DNA of 64,000 nucleotides from an uncultured bacterium (GCA_964559435.1 CAZLHI010000014.1:1178-65177), one strand, 5' to 3'. Positions 19,681 to 30,014 are shown, counted from the first letter of the stretch. The notes: generated by a model from the letters alone, not told the origin. Numbers and translations are program-made.

Positions 19681-20799
19681 TCAGATGTAGTTGAATCCCG
19701 GCAGCGGGAACGGGATGGGGAACACCGCGGAGAGAGCCCTGGCTAGGTCGCCCGACAGCTCGGGCGCGCCGGGCCCGCCCAGGACCAGCGGAGCGGCCTG
19801 CGAGAGCGTTAGCTCTTGCCTCTGGTCCCCGTAGGCAATGGCGCACTGGTCGCCGTGCTGCTCGAACGACAGCCGCCGCACCTCCCGCCGATCCAAACGC
19901 TCCCTCAGATAGGGCCGCAGCTTCGTCATCAGCCCGGGCAGGTCGATGATGCGGTGTGTGCCCGACAGCGGCCGCTCTTCGAGTTCCAGGCCCCGCTGTC
20001 TGAGCAGGTAGATCAACTCGGTGTCGTGGCCGAGGGCCCGCATGCGAATCTCGTTGAGGTCGGCAGTTTGGAAGATCGTCGGCAGGCCGCCCAGCAGCGC
20101 GGCCCTCGAGCCGGCGTACTCCCACAGCACCCGCTTCCTGCCCTGGGCTTCGCGGGGCCATGTGAGTGACAGCCCGATGTAGGCGACGGCCCGCCCGCCG
20201 TTTTCGATCAGCCAGAGTTCGGGACGCTCCCAGTTCCACCACAACGGCAGGCTGGATATGAAGCCCGGCCGGCGGAGGAACCGCACGCTCTCGGCCTGGT
20301 GGAGCGCCGCGAGGAGAGGCCACTCCTCGTGACTGACGCGCCGAGCCGTGAGGTCTGTTTCCAGCTCTCTGGCATCGGCCGGGCGCAGCGCGGCCTCGAA
20401 GACGCGGCCCGCCGGCACGCAGTGAGCCCGTCGGTAGAGCGCTCGATCGCCGGAGACGATGAGTATCTTCGCGCCCTTCTCTCGCATCTGCCGGATGCAT
20501 GCATCGAGAAGTTTGCCGGCGTGCCCTCTGCCCCGGTAGGCGGGATCCGTGCATACCGATCCGATGCTGGCGACCTTGAACCGGCAGCCGTAGACAGAGA
20601 CCTGCTGGCAGACGATACGAATGTGTGAGACCGGCCTGCCGTCCTCAGCGACGACCAGGGTGTTCCGCAGGCTTTCCGCCCGGCCGAGGCTCGAAGCCAT
20701 GTCTTGTCTCGAGTAGTGGCTGTCGAGGCCCATGGCGGTCCCGATGAGTTCGGCCAGAGCTCCCGCCTCCTCTTTGCGCGGTCGGCGCGGCGTCGCCAC
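19681..20799 (-). CDS. GNAT family N-acetyltransferase (Eis-like, with C-terminal SCP2-like region)
   Basis: GTG 20799 (V17 of the track ORF) follows AAGGGAGA. The acetyl-CoA binding motif VCTDPAYRGRGHAGKLL is present. The about 370-aa length with an extra C-terminal domain resembles Eis-type enzymes. Confidence 0.75.
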   Translation of the reverse strand: MATPRRPRKEEAGALAELIGTAMGLDSHYSRQDMASSLGRAESLRNTLVVAEDGRPVSHIRIVCQQVSVYGCRFKVASIGSVCTDPAYRGRGHAGKLLDACIRQMREKGAKILIVSGDRALYRRAHCVPAGRVFEAALRPADARELETDLTARRVSHEEWPLLAALHQAESVRFLRRPGFISSLPLWWNWERPELWLIENGGRAVAYIGLSLTWPREAQGRKRVLWEYAGSRAALLGGLPTIFQTADLNEIRMRALGHDTELIYLLRQRGLELEERPLSGTHRIIDLPGLMTKLRPYLRERLDRREVRRLSFEQHGDQCAIAYGDQRQELTLSQAAPLVLGGPGAPELSGDLARALSAVFPIPFPLPGFNYI

Positions 20800-20956
20800 T
20801 TGCGTTCTCCCTTTGGGGTCTGTCCGACCGCGCGTGCGGCCGGACAACAGTGGGTTCGCTGGCTGGGGCGCTGGCTCCTTGCCTCGAAGGGCGCAGAGAG
20901 GCGCGAGAGGAATGCTCTTGTGAGCGCCCTGAGGGCGTCAGGGCATTCCTTCGGAG

Positions 20957-21892
20957 TTGAGCATGTCCGAGATTGCTGCAGAAGATGCTGCCGTAGGGGC
21001 CAGGCGGCCCCAGATCGCCTCCGCGCGGCTAACCGCGCCGGCCGTGATGCTGGCCATTCTGATAGCCGCTATCTGGGGCACGAATCCAACCGCTCTCAAG
21101 TTCGCTCTGCGGGGCCTGCCGCCCATCGGCGCGGCCGGGCTGCGGTTTGCTATCGCGACCGTGGGGGTGTACGTCTGGTGTCGGGTGACTGGTGCCAAGG
21201 TACTGCCGCAGCGCGGCGAAGGCCTCTGGCTGGCGGCGGTCGGCGGCTTCTTCATCGCGCAGATCTCCACGTTCACGCTGGGGGTGTACTGGGGCACAGC
21301 CAGCCACTCCGTGGTGCTCCTGCACACGTATCCGTTCTTCGTCGTCGCCCTTGCGCACTTTCTTATCCCGGGCGATCGGGCAACGCCCGGCCGTGTGGCC
21401 GGCCTGGCGGCGGCCTTCACAGGAGTCGCCGCGCTCTTTGCCGGTGAATGGGGAAGATGGGAAGGCACGCGGCTCCAGGGCGATCTCATCCAGCTCTTCA
21501 GCGCCTTCCTGCTCGGAGCCCAGGTGGTCTTTCTGAAGCACGCAGTCGCGCGGATCGATCCAACTCGGGTCGTCATCTGGGAGATGATTATCGGCGCGGC
21601 CGCCTTTCTGGCCTACAGCTTCGCGTTCGAGAATCTAGCAGGTGCCCGGCCGGACGCCGAGAGTATGGCGGCCGTGGTCTACCAGGGAGTCATGATCGGG
21701 GCCTTCTGCTTCACGGTCTGGACGTGGCTGCTGCGCAAGCACGCGGCCAGCCTCATCGCGATCTTTGGGTTCATCTCGCCCCTGGTCGGTGTGTTCGCGA
21801 GCGCCGTGGTTCTTGGCGAGCCGCTTACCGCGGGGTTAGTGGTGAGCGCAAGTCTCGTCGCCGTTGGGATCATAGTGGCCAACTTGTGGTAA
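20957..21892 (+). CDS. DMT superfamily transporter (EamA family)
   Basis: Ten predicted TM helices and two EamA-like repeats (…LKFALRGLPPIGAAGLRFAIATV…). Confidence 0.8.
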   Translation: MSMSEIAAEDAAVGARRPQIASARLTAPAVMLAILIAAIWGTNPTALKFALRGLPPIGAAGLRFAIATVGVYVWCRVTGAKVLPQRGEGLWLAAVGGFFIAQISTFTLGVYWGTASHSVVLLHTYPFFVVALAHFLIPGDRATPGRVAGLAAAFTGVAALFAGEWGRWEGTRLQGDLIQLFSAFLLGAQVVFLKHAVARIDPTRVVIWEMIIGAAAFLAYSFAFENLAGARPDAESMAAVVYQGVMIGAFCFTVWTWLLRKHAASLIAIFGFISPLVGVFASAVVLGEPLTAGLVVSASLVAVGIIVANLW

Positions 21893-21937
21893 GATTGTCG
21901 GACCGAGAGAGCCGCGGCAAGTCGGAGGGAGGCTGAC

Positions 21938-22465
21938 ATGGACCTCTATGATGTCATCAGGACTCGTCGCAGCGTCCGCAAGTACCGGAGCGACCCCATC
22001 CCGCAGGAGGTGCTGGAACGCGTCCTCGACGCGGCGAGAATCGCGCCCTCCGGGAGCAACAGACAGCCCACCCGCTTCATCGTTGTCACGGACTCCGACA
22101 TCAAGCAGAAGCTCGTCCCGATGTGCCACGACCAGGCTTTCATCGCCACCGCGCCCATCGTCATCTGCGCAGTCGGCCGGGACATCAAGTACAACCGCGG
22201 CGAGTGGATGGGTGACTATGCCATGATCGTGGACGTGGCCATCGCGGTGGACCATCTGACGCTGGCCGCTCGCGCGGAAGGGCTGGGGACTTGCTGGATC
22301 GGCTCTTTCAGCAACGCCGCGGTCAAGGAGTTCTTCAAGCTCCCCGAAGATGTCAACGCCGTCGCCCTCACGCCGCTCGGCTATCCCGAGGGCGACCCAT
22401 TCACGGAGCCTGAAGGGCGCATTACGCTCGAGGAATTCGTGATGTGGGACGGCTGGAAGGGATGA
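21938..22465 (+). CDS. nitroreductase family protein
   Basis: MDLYDVIRTRRSVRKYRSDPIPQEVLERVLDAARIAPSGSNRQPTRFIVV is the canonical nitroreductase FMN-binding N-terminus. Confidence 0.85.
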   Translation: MDLYDVIRTRRSVRKYRSDPIPQEVLERVLDAARIAPSGSNRQPTRFIVVTDSDIKQKLVPMCHDQAFIATAPIVICAVGRDIKYNRGEWMGDYAMIVDVAIAVDHLTLAARAEGLGTCWIGSFSNAAVKEFFKLPEDVNAVALTPLGYPEGDPFTEPEGRITLEEFVMWDGWKG

Positions 22466-22694
22466 CGCCGGCCCGATCATGCCGGTCTGTCTCAGCGCCG
22501 CCCACGCCGGCTACGGCGCCCTCCGCATGGAGCCCGTCGTGATGAACTTCGGGATGGTATGCTCCTTAGCGGCCTCGCCGGCGATCAACCCATCGAAAAG
22601 CTTCAGCGGATGTTGATGAGGGACGGGCAGGTAATCCGCGCACCGGCACGGTGGCGGCAGCGCCGCCGTGCGCATTTCAACAAGGGGGATGAAC

Positions 22695-23144
22695 ATGACC
22701 GAGAGCGAGCGCAACACTGCCTATTGTGGGCTTTTCTGCTGCGACTGCATACCCAGCAACCGCGCGTTCTTTGACTGCGTCAATGCACTGAGTTGCCATC
22801 TTTGTGATCTCGGATTCGAGCACTACGCTGCGCTCAAGGCCCGGCGCAAGGCGGTGTTCAGGAGCTACGATGCCTTCACTGCGGTGTTAGAGGCAATCGG
22901 GGGCCTTCAGTGCTCTCACCCGTGCCGAGAGGGAGGAGGTAGCCCGAACTGCCGCGTCCGGAAGTGCTGCCTGAGCAAGAGCTATGCTGGCTGCTGGGAG
23001 TGTGCCAGCTTCCGGGAATGCGAGCTCCTCCAGCCCCTGCGTGACTTCCATGGTGAGAACATCAGCCACAACCTTGAGATGATCAGACGTGATGGGATCG
23101 CCGGATGGAGCGGAGAGCGCGGCAAGCACTACCCGTGGAGCTAG
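22695..23144 (+). CDS. DUF3795 domain protein (Cys-rich)
   Basis: ATG 22695 follows AAGGGGGATGAAC. YCGLFCCDC and a later CWECASFREC are DUF3795 hallmarks. Confidence 0.7.
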   Translation: MTESERNTAYCGLFCCDCIPSNRAFFDCVNALSCHLCDLGFEHYAALKARRKAVFRSYDAFTAVLEAIGGLQCSHPCREGGGSPNCRVRKCCLSKSYAGCWECASFRECELLQPLRDFHGENISHNLEMIRRDGIAGWSGERGKHYPWS

Positions 23145-24250
23145 TGGCGCAGACGCCGCCGGGCATGCGGGGACATGCCGTCCCTACAATCAAGCGTCCA
23201 CCAACTTCCTGCTGATGGCCCAGGCGTCAGCACCTGCTCCAGCACGGTCGCGCAGTAGTCGCAGTGCTCGCACTTCTGTCCGCAGGTGGTCGTCTGCTCG
23301 AGCCAATCCTCCGGGAAGCGCTGGTTGTCGATGATGTAGGGCACAAAGAGCAGCCCGTGGCCGGGCTCGAACAAGTCCGGCAGGTTGCCTGCGAAGCGCC
23401 TCGTGGCGTAGGCCTGGATCACCCGGCGCGGGTTGGCGTGCATGCGGGTCGCCAGCTTGACCACCGGGAAGAGGCCCTCGTAGTGGTGGAGGTCCTCAGG
23501 CCGCACCCAGGTGTTCTGAAGAAACCGCACCCAGTTCCGCCGCTCCCGGTAGTACGACCAGCATAGCGCGGGTGCCTCCGCCGGCGCGTTGTCCAGCTCC
23601 GCCGCTTCAGCTTCGTGCGAGACGAGGTTGTCGTGGAATGTCTGCGCCGAGCAGTAGCTGAGACACCCGCTGTTGGCGAGCATGACGAGGCCTTTGCCGT
23701 TCGCCTCCGCCCAGGCGCGCAGCTCTCTCAATCGCGCCAGGTCGCGGTTGCACTCCCGCTGCACGTGATAGCTGTCGAAGAGGTGGGCCACGTACTCCAG
23801 CGATCGCACCGATCCCACGCGCATGTTGAGGCTCGCGCGCACCTCGATGCCCGGGAAGCGACGCTTCACCGTCTCCGCAAGGAGCGGCGACATCGTCGTG
23901 ACGATATCCAGTCCGACGAGGTCGACAAGGTGGGCGATCACCGACGAGACGCGCTCGACGAGGGCAAGAGAGTAGGCCTCCCGGCCGTAACAGGAGGCAT
24001 TGAGCAGCAAGTCGAGTCGCACCCCCAGGCGCCGCATCTCCAGCAGATCGTGCTCCAGGCGCGCCTGCGCCGCCTCCCGCCCCGGATCGTCCGGCCCCAC
24101 GAGGGGAGACCGCCCCGAAGGCAAATCGAGCCAGGGGAAGTAGACGTCCGCGACGTGCTCGCGGAACTCGCCCACAAGCGCGGCGAAGGGTGCCTCATCC
24201 TCATCGGGGAGCTGGTACCCGACGGCGAACCTCACCGCTCCAGCCTCCAC
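23141..24250 (-). CDS. hypothetical Fe-S-type protein, possibly peptidase-U32-like TIM-barrel family
   Basis: 369 aa. N-terminal AVRFAVGYQLP…HVADVYFPW and the Cys-containing GCLSYCS segment weakly recall the U32 family. C-terminal cluster TTCGQKCEHCDYC. Overlaps the downstream QueG-like gene by 19 nt. Function unassigned. Confidence 0.7.
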   Translation of the reverse strand: MEAGAVRFAVGYQLPDEDEAPFAALVGEFREHVADVYFPWLDLPSGRSPLVGPDDPGREAAQARLEHDLLEMRRLGVRLDLLLNASCYGREAYSLALVERVSSVIAHLVDLVGLDIVTTMSPLLAETVKRRFPGIEVRASLNMRVGSVRSLEYVAHLFDSYHVQRECNRDLARLRELRAWAEANGKGLVMLANSGCLSYCSAQTFHDNLVSHEAEAAELDNAPAEAPALCWSYYRERRNWVRFLQNTWVRPEDLHHYEGLFPVVKLATRMHANPRRVIQAYATRRFAGNLPDLFEPGHGLLFVPYIIDNQRFPEDWLEQTTTCGQKCEHCDYCATVLEQVLTPGPSAGSWWTLDCRDGMSPHARRRLRH

Positions 24251-25194
24251 GGCTTGCGGCGGCGGAACGGCTCGTGGAACTGGTTCCCCAGCTTGCCCTG
24301 CTGTTCGAGATGCACCATGCAGGCGCGCATGCAGCCCGCGGCCCCCTCGATCGCCCGGCCATAGTCATAGCTGGGAGAAAGCTTGTATTTCTGCGCCGCC
24401 CATACGTGCTGATTGAAGCCCGCTTCATCTTCAGGCGTCATCATGAACGGGTTCGTCTCGTGCCTGCCCCCGCAGAAGGCGCGGCTGCACTTCTCATAGT
24501 CGATCAGGCCCCATTCCAGCTCCCGGCCGGCTACGGTCACCCTGACTGTTTCCGTACTGCTGATCGCCTCGCCGGAGCAGTCCTTCGCGCATGACAGGCA
24601 CCGGTCGCACAGCTTCCCCTCGAACAACGGATTGGGTTCCAGTGGCGCGTCGGTGAGCAGCGCGGCCAGCCGCTGGCGCGGCCCGTACTCGGGGGTGAGC
24701 AGCAGCTTCCCGTACCCAATCTCACCCAGGCCCGCGCAGAAGGCGGCGATGCGGAGGTGCACGACGACGTCGGGCGCGGGCTTGTCGGGCGACACCGCAC
24801 GGCTGAAGCCCGGTCGAGGCGGGCCGACGATTGACGGGTCGTTCCCCAGTATGTCCGTGCCGGGCCAGGGCCAGTCATTCGGCATGGGTACCGCCTCGTA
24901 TCCCTGGTCCTCGATCCACCGGCACACATCCCACAGCACCATCGGCTGAAGCACGTGGTTTATGCCGGCGTACCCCATGCCCGAATAGGCGATGAAGAAC
25001 GTGCCCTCCTCCACCCCCCTCAGCGCCCCGCGCAGGATGCGAAAGCCGAACACCACCATTGCCTTCGCGTCCGGGAAAATGTAGCGCGGATCCATCTGCT
25101 TCGGCGCCCCCTCGAACCGGTCCATTGAGGCAATGCCCACGAGGTCGGCGCCCGCGCGACGAGCGTACTCTTTCACTTGCGGTGCCGTCAGCAC
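24232..25194 (-). CDS. epoxyqueuosine-reductase (QueG)-like 4Fe-4S protein
   Basis: N-terminus MLTAPQVKEYARRAGADLVGIASMDRFEGAP resembles the QueG/DUF1730 N-terminus. Ferredoxin motif CDRCLSCAKDC plus further Cys pairs. Confidence 0.7.
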   Translation of the reverse strand: MLTAPQVKEYARRAGADLVGIASMDRFEGAPKQMDPRYIFPDAKAMVVFGFRILRGALRGVEEGTFFIAYSGMGYAGINHVLQPMVLWDVCRWIEDQGYEAVPMPNDWPWPGTDILGNDPSIVGPPRPGFSRAVSPDKPAPDVVVHLRIAAFCAGLGEIGYGKLLLTPEYGPRQRLAALLTDAPLEPNPLFEGKLCDRCLSCAKDCSGEAISSTETVRVTVAGRELEWGLIDYEKCSRAFCGGRHETNPFMMTPEDEAGFNQHVWAAQKYKLSPSYDYGRAIEGAAGCMRACMVHLEQQGKLGNQFHEPFRRRKPWRLER

Positions 25195-25430
25195 CTACTT
25201 CTCCTGGCGCGACAACTTGTTCCGGAACCTCCTCTTACCTGCCGCGGAACAGTTTCCTGCTCGCCCGCGCCGTTCGGGAATGAGGAAGGGATCGGCCGGG
25301 CCGCGCGGCCGGCGCGCCAGTGCATCGTCCACAGGTCGGGAGGAGGTGAGAAGAGATGGGGATTTTGTCGCTCCGGGAGTCCGCGCGGCGGCGGAGGCGG
25401 CCCTGTTCCGGCCAGGGCCTGGGCGAACCC

Positions 25431-26135
25431 CTAGGCGTCCACCAATTTCCTGCCGATGGCGTAGCGCGCGGCCTGGAGGCGACTCGCCACGCCGAGCTTT
25501 TCAAGCAAGTGGGCGACGTGGGTTTTGACGGTTTGCTCGCTAATGGTGAGCCGCTCTGCAATCTCAGAGTTCCGGAGTCCCTGAGCCACAAGCCGCAGCA
25601 CCTCAAGCTGGCGCGGCGTGAGGTCGACATCGCCGTCCGTTGAGGCCGCCTGAGAAGAGGGCCCGCGCGCGAAGTCGGAATAGAGCTGCTGCGTGAGTTC
25701 AGGCTGAATCCAGGTCGCTCCGACGAGCACCTTTCGAATGACATCCACCATCTGCGCGGGAGCCATCGTCTTGAGCATGTAGCCGCTCGCGCCGGAGCTG
25801 GCCGCCAGCGCCAGGTTCTTCGTGTCGGGGAAGTTCGCAAGCACAACGATACGGCACGCTGGGCAGAGCTCGCGGAATCGACCCATCACATCGTTGATCG
25901 GGCCCTCTCCAAGAAAAGCATCCAGCAGGATCAGGTCGGGCTGGGTTCTCTCGGCCAGAGCGATTCCGGTTTCTACTGACTCCGCGTCCCCGACCCACTC
26001 GATCTCTTGCATTGCTTCCGCGAGATACATCCGCAGCCCCATGCGGAAAACCAGTTGATCGTCTACGCAGATGACCCGGACGGATCTCACGGGGCTACGC
26101 CTGCGTGGTGCCTGCTTGGTCTTGCTGATCGTCAT
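25431..26135 (-). CDS. response regulator, NarL/LuxR family
   Basis: Receiver domain (VICVDDQLVFRMGL…DLILLD…) plus C-terminal LuxR HTH (LTPRQLEVLRLVAQGLRNSEIAERLTISEQTVKTHVAHLLEKLGV). No adjacent histidine kinase. Confidence 0.85.
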   Translation of the reverse strand: MTISKTKQAPRRRSPVRSVRVICVDDQLVFRMGLRMYLAEAMQEIEWVGDAESVETGIALAERTQPDLILLDAFLGEGPINDVMGRFRELCPACRIVVLANFPDTKNLALAASSGASGYMLKTMAPAQMVDVIRKVLVGATWIQPELTQQLYSDFARGPSSQAASTDGDVDLTPRQLEVLRLVAQGLRNSEIAERLTISEQTVKTHVAHLLEKLGVASRLQAARYAIGRKLVDA

Positions 26136-26364
26136 ATCTCAGCCGTCCGTGCGCCCTCCGCTGTTGCTTCCCCCTCCGGCCAGGGCCTGTCCTCACCACC
26201 CTCCGTCACGGCCAGATGTGTTTTTCCACGTTTCACCCTCAATATGTAGTATCTTCGGGGCATGAAGTGTCACTCTCTTAGGCGATTGCGCCCGGCTGCG
26301 CAAGACGGTACCCTTATGCCACGGGGCCTGACTGCTAGGCATTCTCAGAGGGAACGAGAGAACC

Positions 26365-26724
26365 ATGCTCAGCAATATCACAGGCGGCCTGGTCGCCTAC
26401 TACTTTGGAATTGCCATAGTCGGCATACCCGGTCTAATAGGCGTGATCCTGATGGGGAGGCTCCACCGGGCGGCGCTTAGAGACTGCCGGGCACTGCGAG
26501 AAGAAGTATCCCGTGCAGAGCAGGCAACGGGGAGAATCCGGTGCCTTCTGTCCGACCTGGTCGCTGCAATGAATCTTAGCCTCGAGTTCTGCGCAGCAAG
26601 CCCAGGTCTAACTCATCAGAAGGAGATCGAGCAGATCCGCCTGGCGGCGGCGGAGGCGGTAAACGGAAGCCAGCCGACTCCCCATCCGGTGCCGCCGGCT
26701 GACCTGTTGAGAGAGGACGCCTAG
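26365..26724 (+). CDS. hypothetical small membrane protein
   Basis: 119 aa with one N-terminal TM segment (LVAYYFGIAIVGIPGLIGVILMG). No homology recognised. Transcribed divergently from the LuxR regulator. Confidence 0.35.
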   Translation: MLSNITGGLVAYYFGIAIVGIPGLIGVILMGRLHRAALRDCRALREEVSRAEQATGRIRCLLSDLVAAMNLSLEFCAASPGLTHQKEIEQIRLAAAEAVNGSQPTPHPVPPADLLREDA

Positions 26725-26768
26725 GGGCACAAGCCGACCTTGCGTATGCGAGGTGACAGAGAAGTCGG

Positions 26769-27848
26769 CTAAGACCTCGCTCCCGGCGCCGGGTACCGGA
26801 GTGCGATGCTGATCTCTGTCCCGGATGGCACGGAATATCCTGCCCGCTCCAGACCGGCCTTGATCCGAACCGGTAGTTTCTGCTCGACAAGGGTATGCCT
26901 TCCGGGTATGGAGTGGGTTTCCACCCTCAACACGCGGGCATATGTCTCGAAGCTCTCGACCCCCTGTGTCTCCGGCGGCTCCCAGAACACGCTGAACTCT
27001 CTATCGAAGTCGGAGAGTACGTCGCGCACAAGCTTCTGCGCCTCGGCCGACTCTTCTACCGGCAGGGGCACGGTAATCGTGTGAGCGACGTAATTGTCAG
27101 TGAAGTTCTCTGCGCTGCTGATGCTGCCGTTGGGGAAGTAGCGTAGCTCGCCGTCCGGCTGTCTGACAGCCGTCATCCTGAGCCCAAGCCGCTCGACCCG
27201 TCCGAACACCCCGTTGATCTTCACGAGGTCGCCGACCGCATACTGGCCTTCCATCGTGATGAAGAATCCCGAAATCACGTCCCGCACGAGGTTCTGCGCG
27301 CCGAAGCCGACGGCGAGACCGAGGATGCCCGCGCCGGCGAGCACCGGCGTCAGATCCACTCCGTACTGGCGGAGAACGGAAAGCGCCGCGACGAAGATGA
27401 CGACGTATTTGACGGTGTTTTCGCCAAGGAGGATCAGCGTGGTCACGCGCTGGCGCTGCGCCTCCTCGCCGATTCGCGCGCCGGCCGTGTCCGCGGCCGC
27501 GCGGATTACTCGCCTGAGCACGGTGTAGACGATCCACGCGATGGCGATCGTCACCAGCGCGCGGGTCGCAGGCCCAAGCTCAACGCCGAGCCGGTGGATG
27601 ATGAGATAGGCGGCTACGAAGACGATGAGTCCCTTCAGTACGCCGTCCAGGATGATGTAGACCGTGGCCGAGCGCCGGCGCTGCTTCTCGTCTTCGGCCC
27701 TTGAGGCGGCTCGCCGCGCCCCCCACCCTACGACCTTGCTCAGCGCCGCGTAGACGACCCAACCGACCAAGATGATCGCGACGACCTCCAGCGCCCGCTG
27801 CAGCTCGTCCGCCAGCACGTACTCGCCGAGCCTATCCACAACCCTCAT
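26769..27848 (-). CDS. mechanosensitive ion channel protein (MscS family)
   Basis: Start at aa 122 of the track ORF (MRVVDRLGEY…), leaving a 40-nt gap to the upstream gene. TM helices followed by the MscS β-domain (DVISGFFITMEGQYAVGDLVKINGVFGRVERLGLRMTAVRQPDGELRYFPN). Confidence 0.85.
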   Translation of the reverse strand: MRVVDRLGEYVLADELQRALEVVAIILVGWVVYAALSKVVGWGARRAASRAEDEKQRRRSATVYIILDGVLKGLIVFVAAYLIIHRLGVELGPATRALVTIAIAWIVYTVLRRVIRAAADTAGARIGEEAQRQRVTTLILLGENTVKYVVIFVAALSVLRQYGVDLTPVLAGAGILGLAVGFGAQNLVRDVISGFFITMEGQYAVGDLVKINGVFGRVERLGLRMTAVRQPDGELRYFPNGSISSAENFTDNYVAHTITVPLPVEESAEAQKLVRDVLSDFDREFSVFWEPPETQGVESFETYARVLRVETHSIPGRHTLVEQKLPVRIKAGLERAGYSVPSGTEISIALRYPAPGARS

Positions 27849-27889
27849 GCCAACGCGACCTCCTCGCCTCGTGTCCCCAGCAGGTTGGT

Positions 27890-28756
27890 CTACTGGGGGT
27901 GCTCGTCCTTGCCCATACGTATCTCGCGGATTATCTTCTCGTAGTGAGAGCGCAGGAATTCGGGGTGCTCGGCGCTGGCCAGCGCATAGCGGCCGTCGGC
28001 CGCCTCCATGTCCAGGCGCGCGGTGATGACCGTCTCGCCGTACCAGTCGGCCTCTGCAAGTGACAGCCCGGTGGGATGCTTGATGAAAGAGCCCCCCGAC
28101 GAGGACTGGCGTCCTCGGTAGTCTTGTCCCACGGTATTTGCGCAGCAATGGAAGATGGCGGAGTTGGGGCCGGCCGGCTGTGTCGCCCGTCCGGCGGCGC
28201 GCTTCCACCACAGCGCCTCGATCGTCTCCGTTGAGCAGGCCGGATGGAAGAGGATGCGCGCCCCGGCCATCGCCGGCAGTCGGTACAGCTCCGGGTGCCG
28301 GCCGTCTCGGCAGATCACCATAGTCGCAACGAAGCCCTGCACTTCGAAGAGGGACAGCTTGTTTCCGGGACGGCAGTATCTTCGCTCGTCTTCTCCGGCC
28401 AGCTGTATCTTGGCATATTCGTGGATGATCTCTCCCTTGGGGTCAATGACGTGCGCTAGGTTCAGCAGCTTCTCCTTGCCGCCGCGGCGTTGCATGGTCC
28501 CGCAGATGACGTAGATGCCGACGTTTCTTGCAGCCTCCTGGACTCGCGCCAGGGCTTCCTCCACCGCTGCCGCGTCTAGTTCGACCAAATAGGGGAAGTC
28601 GTAGCCGGTGAGGTTGGCCTCCGGGAACAGGATGACATCGCTCCCCTCTCCGGCTGCGATAGTAATGTGCTCGAGCGTCCGCTTCAGGTTCCGCTCGACG
28701 CTCTGAGCCCAATGCTGCTGTGAAACCGAGACCTGTAGGACATTCTCACCGCGCAC
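27890..28756 (-). CDS. carbon-nitrogen hydrolase family protein (nitrilase superfamily)
   Basis: GTG start. E-K-C triad contexts FPEANL, YAKIQL and VICRDGRHPE. Confidence 0.85.
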   Translation of the reverse strand: MRGENVLQVSVSQQHWAQSVERNLKRTLEHITIAAGEGSDVILFPEANLTGYDFPYLVELDAAAVEEALARVQEAARNVGIYVICGTMQRRGGKEKLLNLAHVIDPKGEIIHEYAKIQLAGEDERRYCRPGNKLSLFEVQGFVATMVICRDGRHPELYRLPAMAGARILFHPACSTETIEALWWKRAAGRATQPAGPNSAIFHCCANTVGQDYRGRQSSSGGSFIKHPTGLSLAEADWYGETVITARLDMEAADGRYALASAEHPEFLRSHYEKIIREIRMGKDEHPQ

Positions 28757-28783
28757 GTTCTGCCCTCCTCTCCGGCTGGCCGC

Positions 28784-29854
28784 CTATGCAGGAATCGCCT
28801 CGAGGCGTCGCCTGAGGAACTCCTGGACGTCAACAGGCTGTCCCGTATGAGCGCTCTGGACCGCCGCGAAAAGAAGTGTCAGGCATTGCATGTTATCCTC
28901 TAGGGACGTCTGCATCTCGGGGCCGCCCTCGCGCCAATGTAGGAACTGCTCGGTCAGCCACTCGTTCATCCAAATCGGACGCCTCAGTAGGTCTATCCTC
29001 TCGACCTCCCACCTCCCCCTTGCGCCGCCCCTCAGGACCTGAAGCCGGCGGTTGTCGAGAATCGCGGTCCCATTCTCGCACTCTGCCCGGAAGTACTCGT
29101 GCTCCCAGCCGTTGAGCGTGGCAGCATTGGCGATGGCCCCTTCGTATTGACAGAAGACACCGTTTTCCATCTCGATGATGGCGAAGGCAGAGGTGTGGCC
29201 CTCAAATGGCAGGTCTGGCGCGTTCCATGTTCGCGCATACACCCTCGCCGCATTGCTTCCCGTGATGGCGCGGAAGATATCGAAGTGGTGGACTGACCCG
29301 TGCACGAGCAGCGCATCGTCGACGCGCCTAAGTCCTGCGTAGCCACGAGCACGGCCTCGGCTGTCCGTGAACCGGCCCACGACCGCATTCACCCGGCCGA
29401 GCCGGCCGGAATGCACGAGATGCTGCAGGCTCTGCTGGTCCTGGTCGAAGCGATGGCTCATGGTGACACCCATCTTCCCGCCCGCGCCGGTGACTGCGCG
29501 GTAGAGCCGCACGCAGGCCTCCATGGTGTCGGCCAGCGGCTTCTCGGACAGAATATCCATGTCGTGCTCCAGGGCGAGCTCGACCAGGTGTTCTCGCTGA
29601 TTCGGCGGCGTCACGAGGATCACGAAGTCCGCCTCGACGCTGGCGAAGGCCTCCTCGGCATCGGTGAAACAGCGCTCCCGGCTTATGCCGTAGCCCTCTA
29701 TTGCGTTCTCCAGATGTTCGGGCTTGATATCAACGGCGGCAGCAGGCTCGAGCCTGCCTGCGCACACCAGTCGGGGCAAGAACTCAAAGCACCACTCTCG
29801 CCCCCAGCCGCCGGTCCCAATGTGTATGAAGCGATGAACGCGCTTGCCAGGCAC
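28784..29854 (-). CDS. Gfo/Idh/MocA family oxidoreductase
   Basis: GTG at V42 of the track ORF follows AGGAGTAAGGAA. Rossmann segment HRFIHIGTGGWGREW, then EKPLA and a C-terminal α/β domain. Confidence 0.8.
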   Translation of the reverse strand: MPGKRVHRFIHIGTGGWGREWCFEFLPRLVCAGRLEPAAAVDIKPEHLENAIEGYGISRERCFTDAEEAFASVEADFVILVTPPNQREHLVELALEHDMDILSEKPLADTMEACVRLYRAVTGAGGKMGVTMSHRFDQDQQSLQHLVHSGRLGRVNAVVGRFTDSRGRARGYAGLRRVDDALLVHGSVHHFDIFRAITGSNAARVYARTWNAPDLPFEGHTSAFAIIEMENGVFCQYEGAIANAATLNGWEHEYFRAECENGTAILDNRRLQVLRGGARGRWEVERIDLLRRPIWMNEWLTEQFLHWREGGPEMQTSLEDNMQCLTLLFAAVQSAHTGQPVDVQEFLRRRLEAIPA

Positions 29855-30014
29855 TTCCTTACTCCTCTGCCCCGGGTCCCTGACGGCAACGCGGGCAGTC
29901 CCGTATACGGCTTTGCGACTGGTTCGCCGCCGAGCGTCAGCCCCCCTAGCGCGACGCTCAGAGTTGCCGGGCGCCACCTGCCCTGCGGCGCCAGTGAGGG
30001 GAGGCCTCTCTGCG

